Source: Reclinomonas americana ATCC 50394 (lineage: Eukaryota). Taken from it: DNA of 64,000 nt. A model generated the notes under the pieces. It had not been told where the DNA came from. It saw only the letters and a program-made list of their open reading frames with translations, and ran no database searches. The translations under genes and the position numbers were made by a program. The stretch covers positions 248,001 through 312,000 of the forward strand of contig PS015010.1 of NCBI GenBank assembly GCA_048213135.1. The letters run 5' to 3'. Positions 38,168 to 48,619 of this stretch are shown here, in pieces; the first letter of the stretch is position 1; every line of letters starts with the position of its first letter.

Positions 38168-39199
38168 TTATTGATGAAATGATTTGCGCAGCGAAGATTT
38201 TCTTATGATCAGTTCTGATTTAACAACGATGGTGTTGGTTTGGCTGATGTTCGATTTTCCTTTCAGGTGATCGATCAGGTTGCGGGCCGCTATCTCGCCG
38301 ATATCGATGCCCGGGTAATTGATGGTGGTCAGTTGCGGTTCAACAATCTTACTGATGGTATCATTGTTGAATCCCACTACCGCGATATCCTGTGGAATGC
38401 GTATGCCATTTTCCTTGAGTGTTTGCATACAAACCGCCGCGGAAAAATCATTGGTGATGAAAGCCCCGTCGGGCAGGGGATTCATTTTCATGATCTGCTT
38501 TGCTGCTTCCACACCGCATTTTTCGCTAAGGTCTTTTATCAAAACCAGTTTATCGTCGAATTTGATGCCGTTGTCATACAGCGCGTCTTTGTATCCTTTA
38601 AAACGCTGGGCGTATACGTTCCTTTTCAGGCTGGCCGTTACCATCACTATTCTTTTGCAGCCCTGTTCCACCAGGTGTTGTGTAGCCTGGTAACCGTTCT
38701 TATAGTTGTCAATGATCACTTTGGTACTTTCGACGTTCTCTTCCACACGATCAAAAAAGATAACGGGTATGCCTCTGTCGGCAAATACCTGGAAATGGTT
38801 AAGGTTCTGGGTGTCAAAAGAGAGAGAGGCGATGAGGCCGTCTACACGTTTATGGAAAAGGTTAAGGGCGTTGGCCGCTTCCTTGGTGAAGCTTTCGGAA
38901 GAGTGGGCGATAATGAGGTCATATCCCGCTTCTGTAGTCACTTTCTCAATGCCGGCGAGTACAGAGGTAATGAAGTTACTGTTTAATTCATGTACGATGA
39001 TGCCGATGGTGTTGGTCGTTTGTTTGCGCAGGTTGCTGGCAAAATTGTTATGGCGATACCCCATTTCTTCCGCCATGTCCATGATCCTTTTCTTAGTAGT
39101 CTTATTCACCGCCTGGTGATCTTTCAGACCACGGCTAACAGTAGCGGGGGAGAGGTTCAGCTCCTTAGCAAGGTCGTAGATAGTAACTTCTTTTTGCAT
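38168..39199 (-). CDS. LacI family transcriptional regulator
   Basis: VTIYDLAKELNLSPATVSRGL HTH; IPQDIAVVGFNN and LTTI in the sugar-binding domain. Confidence 0.95.
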   Translation of the reverse strand: MQKEVTIYDLAKELNLSPATVSRGLKDHQAVNKTTKKRIMDMAEEMGYRHNNFASNLRKQTTNTIGIIVHELNSNFITSVLAGIEKVTTEAGYDLIIAHSSESFTKEAANALNLFHKRVDGLIASLSFDTQNLNHFQVFADRGIPVIFFDRVEENVESTKVIIDNYKNGYQATQHLVEQGCKRIVMVTASLKRNVYAQRFKGYKDALYDNGIKFDDKLVLIKDLSEKCGVEAAKQIMKMNPLPDGAFITNDFSAAVCMQTLKENGIRIPQDIAVVGFNNDTISKIVEPQLTTINYPGIDIGEIAARNLIDHLKGKSNISQTNTIVVKSELIIRKSSLRKSFHQ

Positions 39200-39253
39200 A
39201 CAGCTATGAATATCTAAAAAAAAATGATCAATTGAGGAAATCTAAAAAAAAAT

Positions 39254-39270
39254 TATGCAATCGGTTGCAA
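39254..39270. promoter_or_regulatory. LacI-type operator 1 (TATGCAATCGGTTGCAA)
   Basis: Imperfect palindrome TGCAAnCGnTTGCA with central CG, upstream of the lacI-family gene. Confidence 0.75.
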
Positions 39271-39489
39271 TTTAAAAAACTTTTTCTACATTAGTCCCCG
39301 GAAACAATATTTTTTTATGGTTAGCCAGCCTGTTTTACAGGTCTTGTTCCCTTGAAAGTATTGTAAAAACTGGTCTTTGTAAAATCCGTATTCCGGCGGG
39401 TATTACGGTGAGGAGAAAGACAGAATGGAATAATGAAACAAGAGCCCGATAGCTGGTTTATCAAATCATGCTATTTTTTTGGTAAAATT

Positions 39490-39506
39490 TTGCAACCGAT
39501 TGCATA
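39490..39506. promoter_or_regulatory. LacI-type operator 2 (TTGCAACCGATTGCATA)
   Basis: Exact reverse complement of operator 1; upstream of the GH3-susCD operon. Confidence 0.75.
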
Positions 39507-39550
39507 GCTGTTTTTACCTAAGTGTTACAAACTACATACTTGCTGCTATA

Positions 39551-41738
39551 ATGAAAAAAAAAGATCTCCCTGTTTATTGTCTGCAGTTTCGGCATCGTTG
39601 CCGGGCTGATGGCACAGCGCCTTCCTTACCAGGATATTTCCCTTCCCACCGAAACCCGGGTGAAGGACCTGATCTCCCGTTTGACACTGGAAGAAAAAGT
39701 TGGACAAATGAAGTACAACAGTCCTGCTGTTTCCCGTTTGGGTATTCCCGAGTACAACTGGTGGAATGAAGCACTTCATGGTGTTGGCCGCTCCGGTCCG
39801 GCAACGGTATTTCCCCAGGCCATTGGTATGGCGGCCACATTCGATGACCAGCTCATCTTTAAAGTGGCTGATGTAGTTTCGACAGAGGCCCGTGCCATGA
39901 ATAACGTAGCCCTGGCAAAGGGATATCATATGAAGTATGGTGGCCTTACTTTCTGGACACCCAACATTAATATATTCCGCGATCCCCGCTGGGGCCGCGG
40001 GCAGGAAACCTATGGTGAAGATCCTTTCCTCACCGCGTCAATGGGCGTGGCTTTTGTGAAAGGCCTGCAGGGAACCAATCCGAAATATATGAAAGTGGCT
40101 GCCTGTGCGAAGCACTTCGCGGTACACAGCGGACCTGAACGCCTGCGCCACGAGTTCAATGCGAAAGCGTCTATGCATGACCTTTATGATACCTACCTGC
40201 CTGCTTTCAAAGCGCTGGTGGATAATAAAGTGGAAGCCGTGATGTGTGCCTACAACCGCACCAATGATGAACCCTGCTGCGCTAACACTTATCTGCTGCA
40301 GGAAGTACTGCGTAAAAAGTGGAATTTCAAAGGACATATATTAAGTGATTGCTGGGCCCTGGTTGATTTTTACGCCGGGCATAAAGTGGTAAAGGATGCT
40401 ACCGAAGCGGCCGCGCTGGCCGTAAAGAAAGGTGTTGATCTCAATTGCGGCAGTGTATACGGCGACGGCCTGCTCGACGCTGTAAAAAAAGGAATGGTGT
40501 CTGAGAAGGAACTGGACACAGCGCTGGTCTACCTGTTTAACACCCGCTTTAGACTAGGGATGTTTGACCCGGCTACCGGTAATCCATATACGAAGATTGG
40601 AGAGAATGAAATCAACAGCACAGCACACAGGACGCTGGCCCGGACCGTGGCGCAGAAATCCATCGTCATGCTGAAAAACAATGGTGTCCTGCCATTGCGT
40701 AACGACCTCCGTAAATATTTTATCACCGGCCCGAACGCGGTAAGTGTTGATGCTTTGCTGGGTAACTATAATGGTCTCAACAGCAACCTGGTGACTGTTG
40801 TGGAAGGCATCGCGGCACAGGTGAAGAACGGGAGCCAGTTGCAGTACCGTCCCGGCACTTTGCTGGCGCGGGAAAATGTAAACCCCATCGACTGGACCAC
40901 GGAAGAAGCGAAGAATTCTGACGTAGCCATCGCGGTACTGGGTATTCACGGATTCATTGAAGGCGAAGAAGGTGAATCCATTGAATCCCCCAACTTTGGC
41001 GACAGGCTCGATTATAACCTGCCAAAAAACCAGGTGAACTTCCTGCGTAAAATGCGTAAGGATAATAATAAACCGATCATCACCATCATCACCGGCGGCT
41101 CACCCATGAACCTGGCAGAAGTACAGGAACTTTCCGACGCGGTATTACTGGTGTGGTATCCCGGTGAAGAAGGTGGCAATGCCGTTGCCGATGTTATTTT
41201 CGGTAAGGTCAATCCCTCCGGAAGACTGCCGATCACGTTTCCCAGATCACTTGACCAGTTGCCGGCTTACGAGGATTACTCCATGAAAGGCCGCACTTAC
41301 CGTTATATGAATGCCGAACCTTTGTATCCCTTCGGCTTCGGGCTTAGTTATACTTCTTTTCAATACACTAAACCGGTATTGTCAAACGCCGCGGTTACCG
41401 GAAGTCAGTCCTCTACTGTTTCAGTAATGGTAACGAATAGTGGCAAAAAAGCGGGAGAGGAAGTGGTGCAATTGTACCTCACCCATACCGATGGCCCGGC
41501 TGATAAACCATTGTATGCACTCAAAGGTTTCAAACGGGTACAACTCAATCCCGGTGCGTCAACGGAAGTGAAATTCACACTTACACCGGATATGCTCAAA
41601 CTGGTGAATGATGCCGGTGAATCAGTGATTGTTCCGGGTAAAATTAAGATCAGCATCGGCGGATCATTGCCCGGTAAACGAAGTGAAGAACTGGGCGCAT
41701 CACCTGCTGCGCAAACTGTGCTGACGGTGAATCCCTGA
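39551..41738 (+). CDS. GH3 beta-xylosidase; signal peptide out of frame because of an A9 run
   Basis: WWNEALHGV, WTPNINIFRDPRWGRGQETYGEDP, KHFAVHSGPE and ILSDCWA motifs; with A8 at 39554-39562, ATG 39551 reads MKKKISLFIVCSFGIVAGLMAQRLPYQ; as given, the ORF starts at ATG 39609. Confidence 0.9.
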
Positions 41739-41797
41739 TCATAAATATAAAACTGCTATCATCTACAATAATTAACGATTACGCCAAAACAACAAAC

Positions 41798-44700
41798 ATG
41801 AAAAAAACGATTCTGCTACATCAATTCCAACGATGCCGGATCACCGGAGAAAGAAGATCACCCTTCTTCGCCATTGCCCTGCTCGTTTTGTTACAGGTCT
41901 TTTTGTTGCCCGCCCTGAGCCGGGCGCAGCAAAAAAAGATCACGGGTAAAGTGACCAATGAAAGTGGTCAGCCCCTGGCCGCAACGGTCATGATCAAAGG
42001 CGCCACTACCGGCGTAAGTACGGATGCCGATGGTAATTTCTCTGTTAATGCCGACGCCAATACCCGGCTGGTCATCACCTCGGTTGATCACGTGGCGCAG
42101 GAAGTTCCTGTCGGAAAAAAAACAGTGATCAATGTTTCACTGGCACGTACCGATAAATCCATGACGGAAGTTGTGATCGTGGGTTACGGTTCTCAGCGTA
42201 AGAAAGATGTAACGGGAGCCGTGGTATCGGTAAGCGAAAAAGCATTACGTGAAGTGCCAGTAGCCAACCTGCAGCAGGCATTGCAGGGCAGGGCTGCCGG
42301 CCTGGAAATACAGACCGTTGGTAACCGCCCCGGAGCCGGCGCACAGATACGTATACGTGGTAATCGTTCCATCAGCGGTTCCAATGAACCTTTATTTGTT
42401 GTTGATGGTATTCCTTATGATGGTACATTGAATGATATCAACCCCGATGAAGTAGCGTCCATCGATATCCTGAAGGATGCTTCCGCGACAGCCATCTACG
42501 GTTCCCGCGGTGCCAACGGCGTTATCCTGGTAACCACCAAGAAAGGCCGCACCGGCGAAACCCGGATATCTTATAATGCCTACTATGGTATAGGTACGGC
42601 GCAATACAAATATCCTGTATTCAATGCCGAGGAATACCAGGCCATGCGTAATCTTTCTCCATGGAATGGTGGTTATATGGCCGAAGAATTAAAAGGTATA
42701 CAGCAGGGCAGGAATACCGACTGGCAGGATGCTATGTATGACAACGCCATGCGTATGGATCATAACCTGAACATATCAGGCGGCGCCAATGGAACTACCT
42801 TCTCTATCGGCGGTGGTTATTATAAAGAAACATCACTGATGCCCGGCGAAGAATACAGCCGTTATTCACTGAAAGCAGCCATCGATACCCGTATCGGTAA
42901 AAGGATGCGTGTAGGGCTGGTTACACAAAATACACTCAGCATTGAACTGGGGTCACAGTTTGTTTCCGGCTCGGCTATGTTCCGCACGGTTTCACTGAGC
43001 CCGCTGATGCCGACACACGATACCGCTGGAAATGTTTACCTGATGCCTAATGGCAATATCGATGACAACAACAGTGACGGACGTTATTCTCCTTTGCTGC
43101 TGAAACAAAAAGAAACATGGGTAGACAGGGTAAGGCGGCTGCGTACCTTCAATACCTTTTATGCAGAGTACGAATTCATCAAAGGCCTGAAATACCGTGC
43201 CAACCTGGGTTACAACTTTGCACAGCAACACGGCGGCCAGTTCCGCGGTTCCGACCAGCCACCGGCCAACCCGAGTTTCTTCAGACCTGGTGTAGGTAAT
43301 ACCGCCCGTGTAGACAATGGTGAAACCTGGGGCTATACCATTGAGAACCTGTTGTTCTATGATAAAACGATCGCGAAAAATCACAAGATCAATCTGACCG
43401 GCCTGTACAGTATACAGGAAACACAATCTTTCAGCAATTATATTCAGAAAGATTCCATCACCGAAGATTTTGTACAGTTCTATAATATGGGTGCAGCTTC
43501 TCCCACACCTGTTGCCGCAACTGCAGGTACCGAAGCCAAGTCAGTACTGATCTCTTATATGGCCAGGCTGAACTATGCTTTCAAAGACCGTTACCTGCTT
43601 ACGGCTACTTACCGCAGGGATGGTTCTTCCCGCCTGGCACCTGGTAACCAGTGGTTCGATTATCCCGCTGTATCCGCTGGCTGGGTGGTTTCGGAAGAAT
43701 CATTCATGAAAAGGGTGAAACCCATCTCCATGCTTAAACTAAGGGCGGGCTGGGGTAAAACATCCAATCAGTCTGTTAACCCTTACGATTCCAAAGGGCT
43801 TGTCAACAACAGCAATGGACTGGGCAATTCCGGTACCATTGGCGCGGCAGGAAGTTTCATCCGTTACAATTATGGTCCTACCATTGTGAATGGTTACAAT
43901 GTGGTTACACTTCCCAATCCGAATCTCTCCTGGGAATTTACCAGGACGCTGAACATTGGTCTTGATTTCGGATTGCTCAATAACCGCATCACCGGTTCAC
44001 TGGAATACTACGATTCGAAAACTGATAAGATATTATATGGTGTGAACCTGCCGGTAACATCGGGTGTGGCAGGTGCATTCGTAACCAATGTGGGTGAAAT
44101 GTCCAACAAAGGTTTCGAACTCAGCATCTCTTCCATGAACTACAGGTCAAGGTCTGGCTTCACCTGGAGCACCGACCTGAACCTCTTTACGAATAAAAAC
44201 AAACTCCTCAAACTGAGCAGCAATGTGGAACAGGATATAGGCAGCCAGTTATTTGTAGGCAATTCTTTCACCGCCATTTATGATTATGTGAACGATGGGG
44301 TATGGCAGATCAGTGAAGCGGCACAGGCTGCGGCTGTAGGTGCTGTTCCTGGCCAGATCAAACTGCGTGATATCAGTGGTCCGGCTGGTGTGCCCGATGG
44401 CGTGATCAATTCTACTTACGACAGGCGGGTGATCGGCGATATGGATGCCGACCTGCAGGGTGGTATCACCAACCGTTTCTCTTATAAAGGATTTGATCTT
44501 TCCGCGGTTATCCATGCCCGTTTTGGCGGACTGCTGGTAAGCCAGCTGCATGCACCGCTTGCTTCTTACCTTACCGTACTCGACGGAAAAAGGAACAGTC
44601 TTGCAGTGGATTACTGGACACCCAGTAACCCGAGCAACTGGTTCCCGATGCCGCAAACCAATATCGCTACGGTAAGTGACGCGGGCCGTACGCTGGCGTA

Positions 44701-45007
44701 TTATGATGCCAGCTTTATCAGGCTCAGGAGCATCAACCTGGGTTATACATTCAACCAAAAAATGCTGGGCCGTATCAAAGCGCAAAACCTGAGGTTATAC
44801 TTTACCATCGATAACGTGGCGCTGCTGTATTCACCTTATTACAAAAAGACTGGTATCGATCCGCAGGCAACAGCGGCGGGCGACAGGGGTGTGGGCGGTA
44901 ACCTGTCCAACATCCGTGAGAACGGCAGGAACAACGGCGCTCTCATTGTTGGCCTGGGTACACCACCAAGAAGAACATTTACTTTCGGTTTAAACATATC
45001 GCTATAA
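41798..45007 (+). CDS. susC: SusC/RagA TonB-dependent transporter (xylan PUL)
   Basis: EVVIVGYG, PLFVVDG, ILKDASATAIYGSRGANGVILVTTK, RDGSSR, LSWE and NKGFE motifs. Confidence 0.97.
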   Translation: MKKTILLHQFQRCRITGERRSPFFAIALLVLLQVFLLPALSRAQQKKITGKVTNESGQPLAATVMIKGATTGVSTDADGNFSVNADANTRLVITSVDHVAQEVPVGKKTVINVSLARTDKSMTEVVIVGYGSQRKKDVTGAVVSVSEKALREVPVANLQQALQGRAAGLEIQTVGNRPGAGAQIRIRGNRSISGSNEPLFVVDGIPYDGTLNDINPDEVASIDILKDASATAIYGSRGANGVILVTTKKGRTGETRISYNAYYGIGTAQYKYPVFNAEEYQAMRNLSPWNGGYMAEELKGIQQGRNTDWQDAMYDNAMRMDHNLNISGGANGTTFSIGGGYYKETSLMPGEEYSRYSLKAAIDTRIGKRMRVGLVTQNTLSIELGSQFVSGSAMFRTVSLSPLMPTHDTAGNVYLMPNGNIDDNNSDGRYSPLLLKQKETWVDRVRRLRTFNTFYAEYEFIKGLKYRANLGYNFAQQHGGQFRGSDQPPANPSFFRPGVGNTARVDNGETWGYTIENLLFYDKTIAKNHKINLTGLYSIQETQSFSNYIQKDSITEDFVQFYNMGAASPTPVAATAGTEAKSVLISYMARLNYAFKDRYLLTATYRRDGSSRLAPGNQWFDYPAVSAGWVVSEESFMKRVKPISMLKLRAGWGKTSNQSVNPYDSKGLVNNSNGLGNSGTIGAAGSFIRYNYGPTIVNGYNVVTLPNPNLSWEFTRTLNIGLDFGLLNNRITGSLEYYDSKTDKILYGVNLPVTSGVAGAFVTNVGEMSNKGFELSISSMNYRSRSGFTWSTDLNLFTNKNKLLKLSSNVEQDIGSQLFVGNSFTAIYDYVNDGVWQISEAAQAAAVGAVPGQIKLRDISGPAGVPDGVINSTYDRRVIGDMDADLQGGITNRFSYKGFDLSAVIHARFGGLLVSQLHAPLASYLTVLDGKRNSLAVDYWTPSNPSNWFPMPQTNIATVSDAGRTLAYYDASFIRLRSINLGYTFNQKMLGRIKAQNLRLYFTIDNVALLYSPYYKKTGIDPQATAAGDRGVGGNLSNIRENGRNNGALIVGLGTPPRRTFTFGLNISL

Positions 45008-45029
45008 TCACTACAAAAAATTTAATCAA

Positions 45030-46850
45030 ATGAAACGTTATATTAAATTTTATACCGCAGCGGTCATTACAGCCCTGGTTGTAGTGACAGGTTGCAGCAA
45101 AAAACTGGAAGAGAACCCGTACACGGTTTTCTCCGTCGACTATTTTAAAACACCTTCCGGTTTTCAGAATGGCGTTAATGCGCTGTATTCCGGCATGCGT
45201 TTCCTGTACGGGCCTGAAGGCGCCGCTTCTGTAGGTACTTCGGGTACCGACGAATGGGCCATGGGCGACCAGGCAAGGGCCGGTGCTGCCGGTGACCTTA
45301 CTTCCTTCTGTAATTACACGCTTGATAATACCGGTGGTTCCATCCTCACACCATGGAACAGGTCTTTCAATAATATCAACCTGGCCAATGCACTGGTGCA
45401 GTTCGCCCCGGAAGTGGCTATTGCTGATGCCGATAAGAAAGCGGCACTCGGTGAAATCAGGTTCCTGAGGGGATTGTATTACCTTAACCTGGTACAGTAC
45501 TTCGGTGCCGTGCCGCTTGACCTGGGCAGTGGCGATCTGAAATTCAATGATCAGCCTTTCCAGGGTTTCAACCGCCTGCCAACCAGTGAAGTGTTTGTAA
45601 AGAATTACCAGGCCATCATCGATGACCTCACTTTCGCTTCGCAGAACCTGCCCGATAAAAGGCCCGCCGGTGCTTTCAAACTGTCAAAAGCCGCCGCTTT
45701 TCACCTGCTGTCGAAAGCCTACCTGCAAAGGGCGTATTCTGCCGCCAAACAGGGCACCGATTTTACCAATGCATACAATGCTGCCATGGAAGTGATCAAC
45801 AACCAGGCAAAGTACGGCGTTGCTTTACAGGTAAGCTATGCGGATGTGCACAGGCCCGGCAATGATTACAACAGCGAAATATTGTTTTCGATAGAACGTA
45901 TTCCCGGCAACTATGCCGCTGATGAAGTGCCTAATCCCGATGGTATCGGTGGTACGAAAGGTATGGACGTATCAAATGATTTCAATGGTAACTATACCGC
46001 GGTAAGATCACCACTGAACACTTCGGCTACCACACCCGTTAGTACACGTACCGTTCAGTACGGCCGCCCCATCAGGCGCTGGTGCCCAACGCCATGGTTA
46101 TACAATACAGCTTTCGCGGATAAATTCAATGACAGCCGTTATGAAGGTACTTTCCGCACGGTGTACATTGCTTCCGTTACCGGTGGTGGTTTCACCGCCA
46201 ATGTAGATACAGGGTTTGTTATGGCGCTTACCAACAGGATCGCCGATTCACTCAATGGTATCCTGCCTGCCGGTCCGCGTCTGAAACCTTACCGTGTTAT
46301 TGCGCCAAGAGAATTTTATCTTATCGGCGGATCACTCAATGGTAACCAGGACGCGACATCGAACATGTATCCTTCACTGAGCAAATATGAAGATCCTTCA
46401 AAAGGCGTTGCCAACTATCCCGGTGGCAGACCTTTCCCGGTTTGTAAACTGGGCGAGACCTATCTGCTGGCAGCGGAAGCCGCCATGCAATCGGGTAATC
46501 CTACCGGTGCCATGGACCTCATCAATGTATTGAAGTTGAGGGCCGCTTATCGTACCGGGCTTAGTAATGCAGAGATCACCACGCGTTACAACGCCATCAG
46601 GCTTACCAGTTCCGCACAGGTAACGCTCGACTTTATTCTCGATGAACGTACACGTGAACTCTGTGGTGAAAGCATGCGCTGGGGCGACCTGGCCGTGAGG
46701 GGTAAATTGATTGAAAGGGTACAGCTGTACAATAGCGATGGCAGCGCCAATATCAGGCCCAATAAACATGAACTGAGACCTATCCCCAAAGAACAACTCG
46801 ATCGTATCATCGATCCTGACAAAGGAAAATATCAAAATCCCGGTTACTGA
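45030..46850 (+). CDS. susD: RagB/SusD family lipoprotein (xylan PUL)
   Basis: Lipobox VTGC; GEIRFLRGLYY, FGAVPL, ETYLLAAEA and ILDERTRELCGE motifs. Confidence 0.95.
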   Translation: MKRYIKFYTAAVITALVVVTGCSKKLEENPYTVFSVDYFKTPSGFQNGVNALYSGMRFLYGPEGAASVGTSGTDEWAMGDQARAGAAGDLTSFCNYTLDNTGGSILTPWNRSFNNINLANALVQFAPEVAIADADKKAALGEIRFLRGLYYLNLVQYFGAVPLDLGSGDLKFNDQPFQGFNRLPTSEVFVKNYQAIIDDLTFASQNLPDKRPAGAFKLSKAAAFHLLSKAYLQRAYSAAKQGTDFTNAYNAAMEVINNQAKYGVALQVSYADVHRPGNDYNSEILFSIERIPGNYAADEVPNPDGIGGTKGMDVSNDFNGNYTAVRSPLNTSATTPVSTRTVQYGRPIRRWCPTPWLYNTAFADKFNDSRYEGTFRTVYIASVTGGGFTANVDTGFVMALTNRIADSLNGILPAGPRLKPYRVIAPREFYLIGGSLNGNQDATSNMYPSLSKYEDPSKGVANYPGGRPFPVCKLGETYLLAAEAAMQSGNPTGAMDLINVLKLRAAYRTGLSNAEITTRYNAIRLTSSAQVTLDFILDERTRELCGESMRWGDLAVRGKLIERVQLYNSDGSANIRPNKHELRPIPKEQLDRIIDPDKGKYQNPGY

Positions 46851-46883
46851 TAACGACAATCTATAAAACACAACATGTTTGTT

Positions 46884-48494
46884 ATGAAAAATAATTTAAA
46901 ACAAATAGGATGGCTGCTACTGTTCCCGGTAGCCTTCCTCGGTTCCTGTAAAAAAGGGCCCGATCTTAATATACTCGACACCGGTAATTTCACCGAAACT
47001 TCCACACCGCTGAAAGACGCTACAGACGTACCCATTGGCGTAGCCATCAACTATGGGCCTATGATTAATGAGGCTAAATTCGCACAGGTGGTGAAGAGTG
47101 ATTTTGACCAGGTGGTATTTGGTTATGAAATGAAACATGGCGCTGTAGTACAAAGCAACGGCACTTACAATTTCACCAATACCGACGCTATGGTTTCCGC
47201 TATCGGCACTATGGATCTTTTCGGTCATACCCTTTGCTGGCACGCTAACCAGAATGCCGGTTATATAAAGAGCTTCTCGGGCATTACCGTGCCAGCCGCG
47301 GCGGAACTGGCTACCAACCCGGGTTTTGAATCGGGATTAGCCAACTGGAGTGTATTCAATTCCGGTAACCCCACAGGTTCGGCCACCATCACCACAACTA
47401 CTGTAGCGGCTGAAATACATGGCGGCACCACAGCTATGAAAGTGATCAATCCTACCGCTTACCCGGGCAGCCAGTGGCGGGTACAGGTATCGAGCGCCGC
47501 GTTTACAACGGTGCCGGGCAAACAGTACATTATTTCTTACTGGGTAAAAGCGGCATCTGCCGGCGGTTCTATCCGCTTGTCATCAGGTCCTACAAATGCA
47601 CAATATCAAGGTGATCAAACGATTGATGCCACCTGGAAACAAGTGAGCTGGACCATTACGGCCAACATCGCTTCCACCACTTTCCTGTTTGATATGGGAC
47701 AGGCGGCGAATACGTACTACATCGATGATGTAAGTGTGAAAGAAGTGGTCGTGGCTCCTTCCGGTGCACAGGTAACTGCCAAGGTTGACCAGGCGCTGAA
47801 CGACTTCATAACGACAATGGTTACACGCTATAAAAGTAAAGTACATGCGTGGGATGTGGTGAATGAGGCCATCAGCCCTTCAGGTGCTGTACGTACAGGT
47901 GCTAACAGCAGCGACGTTACCAACCCCGCCCCGGCAGACGTGTTCTTCTGGTCAGATTACCTGGGTCGTGATTTCGCATTGAAAGCCTTCACCTATGCGA
48001 AAGCTGCAGACCCCACAGCTACTTTATACATCAATGAATATGGTATTGAATCCAGCAACGCTAAACTCGACTCGCTCATTGCTTTTGTAAATGAGTTAAA
48101 AGCGAAAGGCGCTAAAGTGGACGGTATTGGCACACAAATGCACATTACCCGAAATACCAGTTATGCCGGTATTGATGTGATGATGCAGAAACTTGCCGCC
48201 ACCGGTCTTAAGATCAGGATATCTGAACTTGATGTTAAAACAGTTTTGAACAACGCTTCAGGAGGCGCCACACCACAACTGCTGGCTTACCAGGCGGTGA
48301 TGTATAAATATGTGGTGAACTCCTACCTGACGTACATTCCCAAAGCACAGCAAACCGGTATCACGGTATGGGGTGTTAATGATAAGAACAGCTGGTTGTA
48401 TAACAGCGGTAAAGAACTGCCTTTGCTGTACGATGACAACTATAATAAAAAACCTGCCTATGCGGGATTCCTGCAAGCTTTGCAGGGACAATAG
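46884..48494 (+). CDS. GH10 endo-xylanase lipoprotein interrupted by a CBM4-like module
   Basis: Lipobox LGSC; YEMK and GHTLCWH, then inserted NPGFESG...YYIDDVSV, then WDVVNE, YINEY and ISELD. Confidence 0.9.
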   Translation: MKNNLKQIGWLLLFPVAFLGSCKKGPDLNILDTGNFTETSTPLKDATDVPIGVAINYGPMINEAKFAQVVKSDFDQVVFGYEMKHGAVVQSNGTYNFTNTDAMVSAIGTMDLFGHTLCWHANQNAGYIKSFSGITVPAAAELATNPGFESGLANWSVFNSGNPTGSATITTTTVAAEIHGGTTAMKVINPTAYPGSQWRVQVSSAAFTTVPGKQYIISYWVKAASAGGSIRLSSGPTNAQYQGDQTIDATWKQVSWTITANIASTTFLFDMGQAANTYYIDDVSVKEVVVAPSGAQVTAKVDQALNDFITTMVTRYKSKVHAWDVVNEAISPSGAVRTGANSSDVTNPAPADVFFWSDYLGRDFALKAFTYAKAADPTATLYINEYGIESSNAKLDSLIAFVNELKAKGAKVDGIGTQMHITRNTSYAGIDVMMQKLAATGLKIRISELDVKTVLNNASGGATPQLLAYQAVMYKYVVNSYLTYIPKAQQTGITVWGVNDKNSWLYNSGKELPLLYDDNYNKKPAYAGFLQALQGQ

Positions 48495-48619
48495 AATAAT
48501 AAACAACGGCATTGCTGCCGTTTAACAAAAGGGTAAGTTTTCTCATATAAGCAATCAATGGAGGGATGAATTCTTTCATCCTTCCTTTATAATGCAGCGT
48601 AACCAAAAAGATAAAATTC

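Noticed and set aside
39444-39456. GCCCGATAGCT as another member of the CCCGA palindrome family
   Set aside because: Only one arm is present; there is no TCGGG partner.
39479-39769. 96-aa ORF upstream of GH3 as a separate gene
   Set aside because: It is the out-of-frame product of the GH3 start codon caused by the A9 tract.
48505-48522. Hairpin AACGGCA-ttgc-TGCCGTT after the GH10 gene as a terminator
   Set aside because: Short stem with a very weak U tail; it could be a stability hairpin, but support is insufficient to call it.
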